Shown here: piece after piece, positions 46,190-54,533 of the stretch | Position numbering within the stretch: position 1 is the stretch's first letter | Layout of the letters: each line of letters opens with the position of its first letter | Source of the DNA: a bacterium | GTDB taxonomy: Bacteria; Zixibacteria; MSB-5A5; GN15; FEB-12 | Length of the DNA: 64,000 bases | Assembly (NCBI GenBank): GCA_030605565.1 | Contig: JAUWIB010000089.1 | Coordinates: forward strand, 12,197 to 76,196 | Reading direction: 5' to 3' | Made by a program: the position numbers and the translations under genes | The notes under the pieces: model-generated | Seen by the model: the letters and a program-made list of their open reading frames with translations, nothing else | The model's database searches: none | Told to the model about the DNA's origin: nothing

Positions 46190-47689
46190 ATGAATCGGTT
46201 GTTTAAGTGTGTCGCATTCGGATCGATACTGGCTGGACTCGCATTCTCTGCGGTTGCCTCGCGGCAGTTGACATTAGACGAAGCTATCAATATAGCTTTG
46301 AACCGTACTGGTCGTGGCGGCATCATTAAGGGCAACCTTGAGGTGGCCGAGCAGCTGTATTTCGCGGAAAAGATCGGTTTCTACCTGCCGGAAATCTCGA
46401 TCAACGGGCGGTTGCCGGCTTACTCGGTGAACGAAGACTACGATTTCGCCCAGGGCACCGACCTGAAATACTTGATCAAACGCAAGGCTCTCGATTTCGA
46501 CGCCGATATTACCCTCAAGCAAAGCCTGATCACTGGTGGTGAACTGACTCTCCGGGCCAACCTGGTCGACAACGACTGGGAATATCCGGTGCTGAGATCG
46601 TCGGTGGACCCAGTAGACAGTTCCCTGAGCTACTATCTTCAGACGGTTGAAGAGCAAAGACATCGAGGCACTTTCAATTTTGTCTTCGAACAGCCGCTTT
46701 TGAAGCCGTCCGAACCGAAGTACCTGCTGAAGAATCGACGTGACGAACTTCAGATCGCTCGTCTGAAACGGTCCGATGATGCCGCCACTCTCGAAAAGGA
46801 TGTGATTGAGGCCTACTTCGGTATGCTTCAAAGTCAAGTCGAAGTAGAGAAGTCAGAGGACAACCTTGACAGGAGCAGCCTTCAGTTGGGCATTGATTCG
46901 GTCAAACTCTCCGAAGGTGTATTGTCTGAGGAGCAGCTTCTGGAGTCAACTGCCGAGCGCCTCGATGCTGAATTGGAGAAATTCGAGAAAGAATCCGCTG
47001 TCGCCGAACAGAAGCGAGATTTGGCCACACTCCTGGATTTGCCGCCGGCTGATGAAATCGTGCCAATCGTGCCGGAGAATATCGTTCACCTGGACGAGTC
47101 CGCTCAACAGCGCTTTCTCACTCGTTGGGAAGAGTGCGTGCCGCTGGTCAGGGCCAGGCACGAGTATGAAAAGGAGAAGCGTACTTCTGACTACGTGGCC
47201 GGTTCACACGGTTTGACGGGCACGTTGCGCGTCAACTACGGTCTTGATCGGGGTTCGATAGATGACAACCGCTCGGGTTCTATTGCCAGTCGGGATGTTG
47301 AGACCGACAGTTGGGGTGTCTCGGTCAATCTGACCTATCCACTATGGGATGGAGGCGCATCGGGCGCTGCGGTCAAGGCGGCGAGACTGTCAGCCGAACA
47401 GGCCCGTCTGGAGTATGAAAAGAATGAAAAATCGGTGCAGGCGGAAATCGCTGCTCTGATTAACCGGCTCAACGTCAGCTATCGCAAGCTTGATGTGCTG
47501 AAGCAGAAGATAGCGATTGCCCAAACCAAACTGGATATAGCTCACGAACGTATGGATGACGGCCAGATTTCTAAGTTGACCTTTTTGGATAGTCGCGTTT
47601 CTTTTCTGGAGGCCAGGAACAATTACCTGGAGGAATTGAAAACGTACTATACGACCAGAGTGGATCTGGAAAGCAAGTATCTGAACTGA
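46190..47689 (+). CDS. TolC-family outer membrane efflux protein
   Basis: It has a signal peptide (MNRLFKCVAFGSILAGLAFSAVA), LTLDEAINIAL and a duplicated OEP-type coiled repeat. AAGGAG precedes the ATG at 46190. The track start is 46172. Confidence 0.8.
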   Translation: MNRLFKCVAFGSILAGLAFSAVASRQLTLDEAINIALNRTGRGGIIKGNLEVAEQLYFAEKIGFYLPEISINGRLPAYSVNEDYDFAQGTDLKYLIKRKALDFDADITLKQSLITGGELTLRANLVDNDWEYPVLRSSVDPVDSSLSYYLQTVEEQRHRGTFNFVFEQPLLKPSEPKYLLKNRRDELQIARLKRSDDAATLEKDVIEAYFGMLQSQVEVEKSEDNLDRSSLQLGIDSVKLSEGVLSEEQLLESTAERLDAELEKFEKESAVAEQKRDLATLLDLPPADEIVPIVPENIVHLDESAQQRFLTRWEECVPLVRARHEYEKEKRTSDYVAGSHGLTGTLRVNYGLDRGSIDDNRSGSIASRDVETDSWGVSVNLTYPLWDGGASGAAVKAARLSAEQARLEYEKNEKSVQAEIAALINRLNVSYRKLDVLKQKIAIAQTKLDIAHERMDDGQISKLTFLDSRVSFLEARNNYLEELKTYYTTRVDLESKYLN

Positions 47690-48744
47690 TGTCTCGCACT
47701 ATCATCATTCGCACCCCCAACCATCTCGGCGACTGCATTATGGCGTTGCCGATGATCAATGAAACGCGCGAGGCCTACCCCGGCTCCAATGTAACCGTCC
47801 TGGTCCCGGAACACCTGGCCGACCTGTTTGAGTCCAACCCGGCTATCGATCAGGTGCTGAAAATACCGACCGAACACGTCCACGGCTTGATTGCCGTGAT
47901 GAAAATCAAGGACATCATCGCACGGCACAGGTTCGACATTGGTTACATCCTGCCACCTTCGTTCGGTTCCGCTGCCGGGTTCAAGTTAGGTGGGGTCAAA
48001 GAGCGGATTGGTTATATTGCCGATGGTCGCCGCTTGCTTCTGTCGCGCCCCCTACCGCTGTCGACGCCGCTGAGTTCTAGTCACCGTAGCGAGACGTATT
48101 TCAATCTGCTCAGGCGTGGCGCCGGAATCGATATCGAATATGTCCGTCCGAAACTGTTCATCAATGAGGATGATATCGAGGGCGTGACGGCCACGCTGGC
48201 CCGATTTGACGTTTCTGAGAGCGATGCCTATGCGGTGGTTGCTTTCCAGGCGGTGGCGGCCTCGCGACGGTGGGGTCAACAGAAATACATCCAGGCGATC
48301 AAACAGATCATTACGCGCTTCAACCTGAAAGTTATCCTGACCGGTTCAAAAGAGGAAGCAGTGTGCGGTGACGAGATCGCCGCCGCTGCCGGAACCAGAG
48401 AAGTGATCAATCTGGCCGGCAAGACCACTCTGCGCGAGACCCTGGCACTGGTCTCCCGGGCTCGGTTCTTTCTGGGCAACGACTCGGGACCGGCTCACCT
48501 GGCGGCGGCCGTTGGCGTGCCGCTGGTAGTCCTTTCCGGCGCCGATGATCCTGCCGAGACCTCTCCGATCTCCCGACGCAAGCGACTGATCTTCCTTGAG
48601 CATCTGGACTGCATCAGTTGCGTCAAGAATACCTGTCCCCTCAAGGGGGATAGTCACATGCAGTGTATGAATGAGATAAGCGTTGACAGGGTGCTCGACG
48701 AGATCGCTGAGTTGCTTGAAGATACGACGTCACTAGGGCATTAA
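47689..48744 (+). CDS. Glycosyltransferase family 9 (heptosyltransferase-like)
   Basis: IIIRTPNHLGDCIMALPMI, ERIGY and FLGNDSGPAHLAAAVGVPLVVLSG are present. There is a TGATG overlap with the TolC-like gene. Confidence 0.85.
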   Translation: MSRTIIIRTPNHLGDCIMALPMINETREAYPGSNVTVLVPEHLADLFESNPAIDQVLKIPTEHVHGLIAVMKIKDIIARHRFDIGYILPPSFGSAAGFKLGGVKERIGYIADGRRLLLSRPLPLSTPLSSSHRSETYFNLLRRGAGIDIEYVRPKLFINEDDIEGVTATLARFDVSESDAYAVVAFQAVAASRRWGQQKYIQAIKQIITRFNLKVILTGSKEEAVCGDEIAAAAGTREVINLAGKTTLRETLALVSRARFFLGNDSGPAHLAAAVGVPLVVLSGADDPAETSPISRRKRLIFLEHLDCISCVKNTCPLKGDSHMQCMNEISVDRVLDEIAELLEDTTSLGH

Positions 48745-48843
48745 GGGGAATCTCGTGTCAAGTGAACGAGAGATATCGTAGATCAGTCCACCGCGGCGGA
48801 CTGCGCTCCTGACACGCGCGAAGCGCGAAAAGCAGGCTTGCCT

Positions 48844-48869
48844 GTCAGGTTCCAGGGAATCTGACCTAC
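48844..48869. repeat. Family B hairpin repeat (variant)
   Basis: gtcaggttccagggaatctgacctac. It is preceded by cgcgaagcgcgaaaagcaggcttgcctg, which recurs inverted at 40021-40055. Confidence 0.75.
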
Positions 48870-48985
48870 GAGACCTGCCGCGAAGGGAAGAAACTGCTCC
48901 AGGAATGCCTGAAGTTCAGAGCTTTCAGCGACCTGTTACGAGTGCGGGCCCGTCGGCGCAGAAACTGCGTTCTGTAAATTACTGC

Positions 48986-49014
48986 TTGACAAGCGCATAG
49001 TATAGTAGTATCAT
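48986..49014 (+). promoter_or_regulatory. Candidate sigma70-type promoter upstream of the small acidic protein / sigma54 activator genes
   Basis: TTGACA (48986-91), a 17-nt spacer, then TATCAT (49009-14). It lies about 110 nt upstream of the ATG at 49125. Confidence 0.35.
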
Positions 49015-49124
49015 AAAAGCGGCAAGTTATGCGATTTTCGAACTAAATGCGCAGATTACGCGAATTCTTATGTTTCTCTGCCAAGTCGTAAAACGGGTGG
49101 AGCAAACAAAAGGAGGCAAGGCAA

Positions 49125-49460
49125 ATGAAAAGCCCAAGAACGATAGCAGCGATTTTGTTGCTCTCGATCGCTTTTGTATGCTTTATCTCCGCTCCCGTGT
49201 TGTCCGGTGGTGGTGACCCTTGGGATGTCGATGGCGACGACTCAAACGACGGATATGGCGGCGATGATGACGGTCTCGATCCTATTCCAGTTGAAGAAGT
49301 GGATCAGATTGACGGCGGTTTCGGCCCTGATTGGCTGTCCAGCCTGGCTGTTGAGTGGACCTGTCAGTTCATCACGTATGTTCTAGGGGATGACGACAAG
49401 TTCTCTGATTCGATGCGGGTAGTGGTAGAAGAGAGCAGCGGCAATGTAGCCGCTCGATAA
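49125..49460 (+). CDS. Small secreted acidic D/G-rich protein (hypothetical)
   Basis: A strong RBS (AAGGAGG) lies 10 nt upstream. The signal peptide is MKSPRTIAAILLLSIAFVCFISAPVLSG. A DPWDVDGDDSNDGYGGDDDGLDP region follows. I did not recognise a family. Confidence 0.5.
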   Translation: MKSPRTIAAILLLSIAFVCFISAPVLSGGGDPWDVDGDDSNDGYGGDDDGLDPIPVEEVDQIDGGFGPDWLSSLAVEWTCQFITYVLGDDDKFSDSMRVVVEESSGNVAAR

Positions 49461-49514
49461 GTTCAGCGATCGACCGTAGGAAAAAAACAAAGCGTAGGGA
49501 CACCTAAGAGACCG

Positions 49515-52460
49515 ATGAATCTTTCCTCACCAAAGATCAGTTTTGATCATCGGCTGCTGGCGATTGAAGAGCAATTTCGCCAGAGGAAGTATCAACACTC
49601 GGCGCGCGAGTTACGCCAACTAGGCGAGCACGAGTTTGAACCGCGCGCGCATGAAGTTGGTCTGTTTCTGTTGCTGTCTGCTGACGGCAGCTTCTCTGAG
49701 GGTAACTACAAGAGAGCGGTAGAAGATGGGCTTCGGGCGGCCAAAATTCTGGCCGGATTCCCGCTGAATCGACGATATGGCAGAGTACAGTTAGTGCTTT
49801 CTAAAGCCTACCTAATGCTCGGTGATCTGAAGAATGCCGAAATGAGGGGTCGTGACGCTGTAGCGGCCTACCGAAGGGCCAACGAAATGGATGGCCAGGT
49901 GGATTCGTTCAACCAGTTGGCTGGTATCGCATACTTGCGCTGTGATTACGCTGCGGTCGTCGGGTTTCTTGAGAATGCACTGGCTATGACCGGCGACAAT
50001 CCGCGCAAAGTGGCGCAGTTGACCGGTAACCTTGGTCGTACTCGCATTCGCACCGGGCAGTGGGCTCAGGCCGAACTGGACCTGAGCGGCTCGGTGAAAT
50101 ACAGCCATGACAACCATGAGGAGATCTCGGAGGCAATGAATCTGCTGTCGCTGGGACTTCTTCAGGTGCACCGTCGCCAGTTCGTGGTGGCCCAACGTAG
50201 TCTTGACGCGGCGTTAGAAATCGTTAACCGGCTCGACCTGAAGTATGAGCGCGTTGTCTATCTGGAGTACTCCGGTGAGTTGGCCTTCGAGAGAGGGGAC
50301 ATGTTCAAGGCCAAGGCGATCCTCAGCGAGGCGTATCGCCACGGTCTCACTCTTTCGTCGTCGTCGTCGCTGGTATCTCAGTCGGGACGCCAGTTGGCCG
50401 ATGTAGAGTTGGCTCTCGACAATTTCGACGAAGCCATGAAATACGCCCAGATAGCGCTGGAGACAGCGCTGCAACTGGGGGAGAGACTGGAGATCGGTCT
50501 GTCGCGCGCTGTGATTGCGCGTGTTTTCACTGTCCAGGCGGATTTCGAGTCGGCCCTGGAACAAGGCCGGTTGGCGCTTGAAGTTCTCAGAGGGATTGGT
50601 GACCCGTACCAACTGGGGCGTACCCTGTTGGTGTTTTCAGATATCTGTCTGGCCGCCCAGACTGAGGAAAAGGATAAGATACGAGCGGCCCTTGATGAGG
50701 CCCACCGCATATTCAGGAGGTTGAAGCTCAACTACTGGATGAGTGAAGCTAACTTCAAGGCGGGTGTATTCGCCTGTCAGTGTGGCGAGTTGGCTGCTGG
50801 ATTCCGCAAGCTCAGCCGGGCTGAGAAGGGGTTCGCATCGTTGGGCGCCAACACCAGGGTTAAAGCGGTCGCAAACTACTTGCGCACTTTATCGGAGCAG
50901 GCCGTGGCTCTGTCGATCTCGGACGACAACGAATTCAAGATTTTCGGCAACCTGATCAGCCCGGACGAGTTGACCGATCTCCAATCGTCACAGATGGAGG
51001 CGATCCTGTCGGTCTTGTTGGAGAAGACAGGTGGTGAACGAGCACTGATTTACGTGCCGGGTTCTTCAGATAATCCGGTGATTGCCTCCTTCCCGCTCGA
51101 GGGTGGGCAGGCCAAACGATTCACTGGTAGTCTTGGCGGTCTGTTGGGCGAGGAGATTGCCGTTGACCGGCCCACCTTGCTTTTGGACTGCCGCCGCGAT
51201 CCCTTCATCAACGAACTATTCACGGATGTAGCTGATGTTGTGGCCAGTGTTATTGTTGTGCCTTTCAAAACCAGCGATGGCTCGGCTGGGTATCTCTATC
51301 TCGATCGATTGTCACAGGACAACTGTCTTAATCCGTTCAATCAGACACAACTGAATTTTGCGGTCGGCTTTTCCGATCTCATTGCGTTCAAATGGACCGA
51401 GATCCAGAAGAATAAGCTATTAGAGGACAACCGAAGGCTCAAGAGTCAATTGATGGAGGAAGCCGCCTTCCCGAACATCATCACCGGCAATCCCGAGATG
51501 CTGAGAATGCTGTCCCAGGTGAGGCAGGTGGTAGACTCCAACATTTCGCTTTCTATCGAGGGTGAGACCGGCTGTGGCAAAGATCTACTGGCCCGAGCCA
51601 TTCACTACAATTCAATTCGGAAGAACCATCGCTTCATCACGGTTAACTGTGCCGCTCTTCCGGAGTCACTTCTGGAGTCGGAGTTGTTCGGTTATCGCAA
51701 AGGGGCGTTTACGGGCGCCGACCGTGATAAGCCAGGCTTATTCGAGGAAGCCGACGGCGGCACCTTCTTCCTTGACGAAATAGCCGACATGCCGCTCAGT
51801 ATCCAGGCCAAGGTGTTGCGGATACTTGAGGAAAAAGAAATCGTTCGACTGGGTGAAACTACACCGCGTCAGGTCGATGTGCGCATCGTGTCGGCCACCA
51901 ACAAGGATCTGAAAGAACAGATGAGCGCCGGTCTGTTTCGACAGGATCTGTACTATCGGTTGTCCGCGATGACTTTCAGACTGCCGCCGTTGCGCGAACG
52001 TAGAGAAGATATTCTGTTATTGGTCGAACACTTCCTCGCTCCCACGGGCAGGAGATTGTCGCCGGAAGTGGTGAAGGCATTAGTGGATTACAATTGGCCG
52101 GGTAACGTGCGTGAACTCGACAATGAAATCAAGAAGCTGGTGCTGTTGTCCGGTGATGATGAGGAAATCACCTCCCATCTCCTGTCGAGCAAGATTGGCG
52201 AACAGTCTTCTGTTGCTAACGGAGGCAATGGTGACGGCCGGGCGGCTGCGGCGCCTCCGGATGTTATTGAGTTCAACGAACGGTTTGGCCTTTACGACTA
52301 CCTGGCCGACCATGAAAAGACTTTCATCCTGAAGGCTTTGATGGCCAAACGCGGCGTCAAGAAACACGCTGCCGCATTCTTGAATATCCCCGAATCGACC
52401 TTGCGTCTCAAGATCAAGCAGTACGATATCGACCTCGGCCAATTCAAACGTCCTTCCTGA
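49515..52460 (+). CDS. Sigma54-dependent transcriptional activator with N-terminal TPR-like and GAF-like sensor regions
   Basis: The AAA+ core has GETGCGKDLLARAIH, ESELFGYRKGAFTGA and FFLDEIADMP. The C-terminal Fis-type HTH reads AAAFLNIPESTLRLKIKQY. About 450 aa of helical repeats and a GAF-like block (VVPFKTSDGSAGYLYLDR) precede it. There is no receiver domain. Confidence 0.9.
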   Translation: MNLSSPKISFDHRLLAIEEQFRQRKYQHSARELRQLGEHEFEPRAHEVGLFLLLSADGSFSEGNYKRAVEDGLRAAKILAGFPLNRRYGRVQLVLSKAYLMLGDLKNAEMRGRDAVAAYRRANEMDGQVDSFNQLAGIAYLRCDYAAVVGFLENALAMTGDNPRKVAQLTGNLGRTRIRTGQWAQAELDLSGSVKYSHDNHEEISEAMNLLSLGLLQVHRRQFVVAQRSLDAALEIVNRLDLKYERVVYLEYSGELAFERGDMFKAKAILSEAYRHGLTLSSSSSLVSQSGRQLADVELALDNFDEAMKYAQIALETALQLGERLEIGLSRAVIARVFTVQADFESALEQGRLALEVLRGIGDPYQLGRTLLVFSDICLAAQTEEKDKIRAALDEAHRIFRRLKLNYWMSEANFKAGVFACQCGELAAGFRKLSRAEKGFASLGANTRVKAVANYLRTLSEQAVALSISDDNEFKIFGNLISPDELTDLQSSQMEAILSVLLEKTGGERALIYVPGSSDNPVIASFPLEGGQAKRFTGSLGGLLGEEIAVDRPTLLLDCRRDPFINELFTDVADVVASVIVVPFKTSDGSAGYLYLDRLSQDNCLNPFNQTQLNFAVGFSDLIAFKWTEIQKNKLLEDNRRLKSQLMEEAAFPNIITGNPEMLRMLSQVRQVVDSNISLSIEGETGCGKDLLARAIHYNSIRKNHRFITVNCAALPESLLESELFGYRKGAFTGADRDKPGLFEEADGGTFFLDEIADMPLSIQAKVLRILEEKEIVRLGETTPRQVDVRIVSATNKDLKEQMSAGLFRQDLYYRLSAMTFRLPPLRERREDILLLVEHFLAPTGRRLSPEVVKALVDYNWPGNVRELDNEIKKLVLLSGDDEEITSHLLSSKIGEQSSVANGGNGDGRAAAAPPDVIEFNERFGLYDYLADHEKTFILKALMAKRGVKKHAAAFLNIPESTLRLKIKQYDIDLGQFKRPS

Positions 52461-52605
52461 CAGTTAACGGCAGTCGCCCTGGGGTTGTCTCATAAGCTCG
52501 TGGTCCGCGTACGTCCTTGTGCGCCGGCCTTTGGATGCCGGCGCGGTAGACTCAGACGTCCACCGCGCACAGGGCGAGTGTCATTTCGGCGAAAGCCGGA
52601 ATCCG

Positions 52606-52712
52606 GTAGGTCAGGATCCTTGTGATCCTGACAGGCAAGGTAGCAAGCTACTGTTGGCGTCAGGTTCCAAGGATGTAGAGGATCATGAGATCCTTGGAAC
52701 CTGACCTACAAG
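52606..52712. repeat. Two adjacent family B hairpins; the second is the inverse of 35694-35748 with a 17-nt loop insertion
   Basis: The first is gtaggtcaggatccttgtgatcctgac. The second is ggcaaggtagcaagctactgttggcgtcaggttccaagga[tgtagaggatcatgaga]tccttggaacctgacctacaag. Confidence 0.85.
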
Positions 52713-52761
52713 ATGTCGAAACCGCCCTTCGGCTGCGCTCAAGACAGGCTTGGTTTCGACC
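52706..52761. repeat. Family C element
   Basis: ctacaagatgtcgaaaccgcccttcggctgcgctcaagacaggcttggtttcgacc. Confidence 0.75.
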
Positions 52762-52894
52762 TATGATTCCTCCGCTCAGGGTGAGGTGTGGAGCGCAATG
52801 TTGAAGGCGGTCATGGTTCGCGGCAGTATAATCTGTTACTACCAACACACATAACGTGACTGAGTCGCAGGCAAATTTTTTTCTCAACTAACAG

Positions 52895-52922
52895 TTGACA
52901 TTCGGTTGGATTCTGGTATAAT
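52895..52922 (+). promoter_or_regulatory. Near-consensus sigma70-type promoter with extended -10
   Basis: TTGACA (52895-52900), a 16-nt spacer, then TGgTATAAT (TATAAT at 52917-52922). An A/T-rich tract (aaattttttt) lies upstream. Confidence 0.5.
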
Positions 52923-52928
52923 AACGGT

Positions 52929-53006
52929 TGACGAGGACTTGGGTAGATCGTCCACTGGTAGCTCCCTAGCCCCCTCTACCATCGATCTACCCGCCCTCTT
53001 TTTTTT
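52929..53006 (+). ncRNA. Candidate ~75-nt small RNA: one extended hairpin plus U8 tail
   Basis: Paired segments are GAGG(52933-36)/CCTC(52995-98), GGGTAGATCG(52941-50)/CGATCTACCC(52983-92) and TGGTAG(52956-61)/CTACCA(52976-81). The apical loop is C-rich (ctccctagccccct). T8 lies at 52999-53006. There is no ORF with an RBS. Confidence 0.3.
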
Positions 53007-53126
53007 GTGCCCCCAGTTCTTCTGTCTCCCCAACCCGGCCGCATCACAGAGCCGACCGTCGTCTATGGCTGAACTCAACATAACAGCAGTGACTGTCAGA
53101 CCGTGTCAGTCAAAGTTGTTCGCATC

Positions 53127-53148
53127 CGGCAGATGTGGGCATCTGCCG
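53127..53148. repeat. Family A palindrome, one mismatch
   Basis: cggcagatgtgggcatctgccg, with gggc in place of ggac. Confidence 0.85.
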
Positions 53149-53435
53149 TTCACCTAGTTTTTTGTGAGGCGGGATCCTTGCGATCCTGCCGAAACGTCTG
53201 TTTTCCCACAACGCCTTAACTCGAATCGCAGGGTCACAATCCGCCTGGGCGGATCAGGACCCTGCGAAACGGCTTTATGACACAGTCTGGCAGTCGAAGG
53301 GTGGCGTACCCTGTGGGCGGATACTGCGTACCCTGACTTCACAACCGAAGTGCAACAACCTACTAAGGGTTAATCAGACTCGCATTCGGCTGAGCCGGGC
53401 TTGCGTTGTGCCCCGATCATGTGTAATATGTTGCC

Positions 53436-54242
53436 ATGTCCAGGCTGCTCTTCTATCGTCAGTTCGCGTGTGACCCGCATTACAACATGGCCGTCGATGA
53501 GTGGTTGTTTGATCGGGCGCGCAATGCCCCGGGGTCGTTGTTCGTTCGCTTGTACAGTTGGGCTGAGGGAGCGATCACTTTCGGAGTCAATCAGGACATG
53601 GAGCGTGCCTTCGATTCTTCCCAACTGAACGGTACGCCGGTGATACGTCGCGTAACCGGCGGGCGTGCTCTCTATCATGACTGCTCTGAGCTAACCTACA
53701 GCATTGCCGTCAATCTCTCCGGGTGGCATGGTTACGAATGGGCGACGGGTAGGTCGAGTTTCTACCGCGCCGTGGCTGAGGCTCTGGCCGAATTCGTGAG
53801 AGTCATGGGCAAAGACGCAGGCTACTGTCGCCGTTCGGCTGAGAGTAATTCGTGTTCTGATTTTTTCCACAAGGCGGCCTGCTTTGCGTCGGTTTCACGT
53901 TATGAGGTGTTGGCCGAAGGCGGGAAGATTGTGGCTTCGGCGGCGCGCCGAATTGAGGATACCATCTTGCAGCACGGATCGATCAAACTTGACGGCGTGG
54001 CGCAGCATCCGGCGCTCTACTACCCGGCGGTTGACGGCCTCTCGCAATCGGTTTGTTTGCAGCCGCTTAGCGGCCCGCGTTGGGAACTGGCGTGTGATAT
54101 CTTCCCCAATGTGCTTGGTCGCCATCTCGGCATTGATCTGCGGCGGGGTGAGTTCGACCTTCAGGAGTCGGCCGAGTTGGAAGGCCGAGCCAGGTTGGTT
54201 AGTGAAACAGCTCTTAGGCAGAGGATTTTATTAAACAGTTGA
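53436..54242 (+). CDS. Lipoate/octanoate-protein ligase family protein (BPL_LplA_LipB)
   Basis: NMAVDEWLF, VRLYSWAEGAITFG, IRRVTGGRALYHD and KIVASAARRIEDTILQHGSIKLD are present. Confidence 0.8.
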   Translation: MSRLLFYRQFACDPHYNMAVDEWLFDRARNAPGSLFVRLYSWAEGAITFGVNQDMERAFDSSQLNGTPVIRRVTGGRALYHDCSELTYSIAVNLSGWHGYEWATGRSSFYRAVAEALAEFVRVMGKDAGYCRRSAESNSCSDFFHKAACFASVSRYEVLAEGGKIVASAARRIEDTILQHGSIKLDGVAQHPALYYPAVDGLSQSVCLQPLSGPRWELACDIFPNVLGRHLGIDLRRGEFDLQESAELEGRARLVSETALRQRILLNS

Positions 54243-54310
54243 CTACTTTCGGGAGTCTATGGGTGTGGCGCAAGACATTGCGGCAGGCAACGGTTGGCGG
54301 CAAAAACCGC

Positions 54311-54340
54311 TTGACTTTGCCGCCGTCGATGAGCTATTAT
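54311..54340 (+). promoter_or_regulatory. Candidate sigma70-type promoter of the TBDR-like/PorV-like/lipoprotein operon
   Basis: TTGACT (54311-16), an 18-nt spacer, then TATTAT (54335-40). It leaves a leader of about 190 nt. Confidence 0.35.
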
Positions 54341-54533
54341 AGTTGCTTGAAAGCGGATTCCGGTATGGACAAGATGCCCCGGGAATCCTTAGAGTTTGGA
54401 GAGTTCAGGCGGACCGGTAGGTAACGGATCAGGACTGAATCGTTCGATTCTCTCACTGCACAGGGTCGGCTTGGAATCTGATATTATTGGTTGGGAAACA
54501 AGTAGAGTCGTCTCTGCATATATCGTAGGAGGA

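Noticed and set aside
52906-53157. An 83-aa ORF overlapping the candidate sRNA
   Set aside because: It starts inside the promoter spacer without an RBS. It runs through the terminator hairpin and a family A palindrome (ending ...SGRCGHLPFT), which is the repeat-encoded junk signature.
54266-54281. Sigma54-like promoter TGGCGC-aagaca-TTGC upstream of the TBDR-like operon
   Set aside because: The GG-to-GC spacing is 11 nt rather than the canonical 10, and the -24 box is TGGCGC rather than TGGCAC. A good sigma70-type promoter lies just downstream.
54341-54533. Cobalamin or TPP riboswitch ahead of the TonB-dependent-receptor-like gene
   Set aside because: I could not find a B12 box (AGYCMGGAGACCKGCC-like) or the TPP core (CTGAGA...ACCTGATCTGGATAATGCCAGCG-like). 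It is kept only as an unclassified structured leader.
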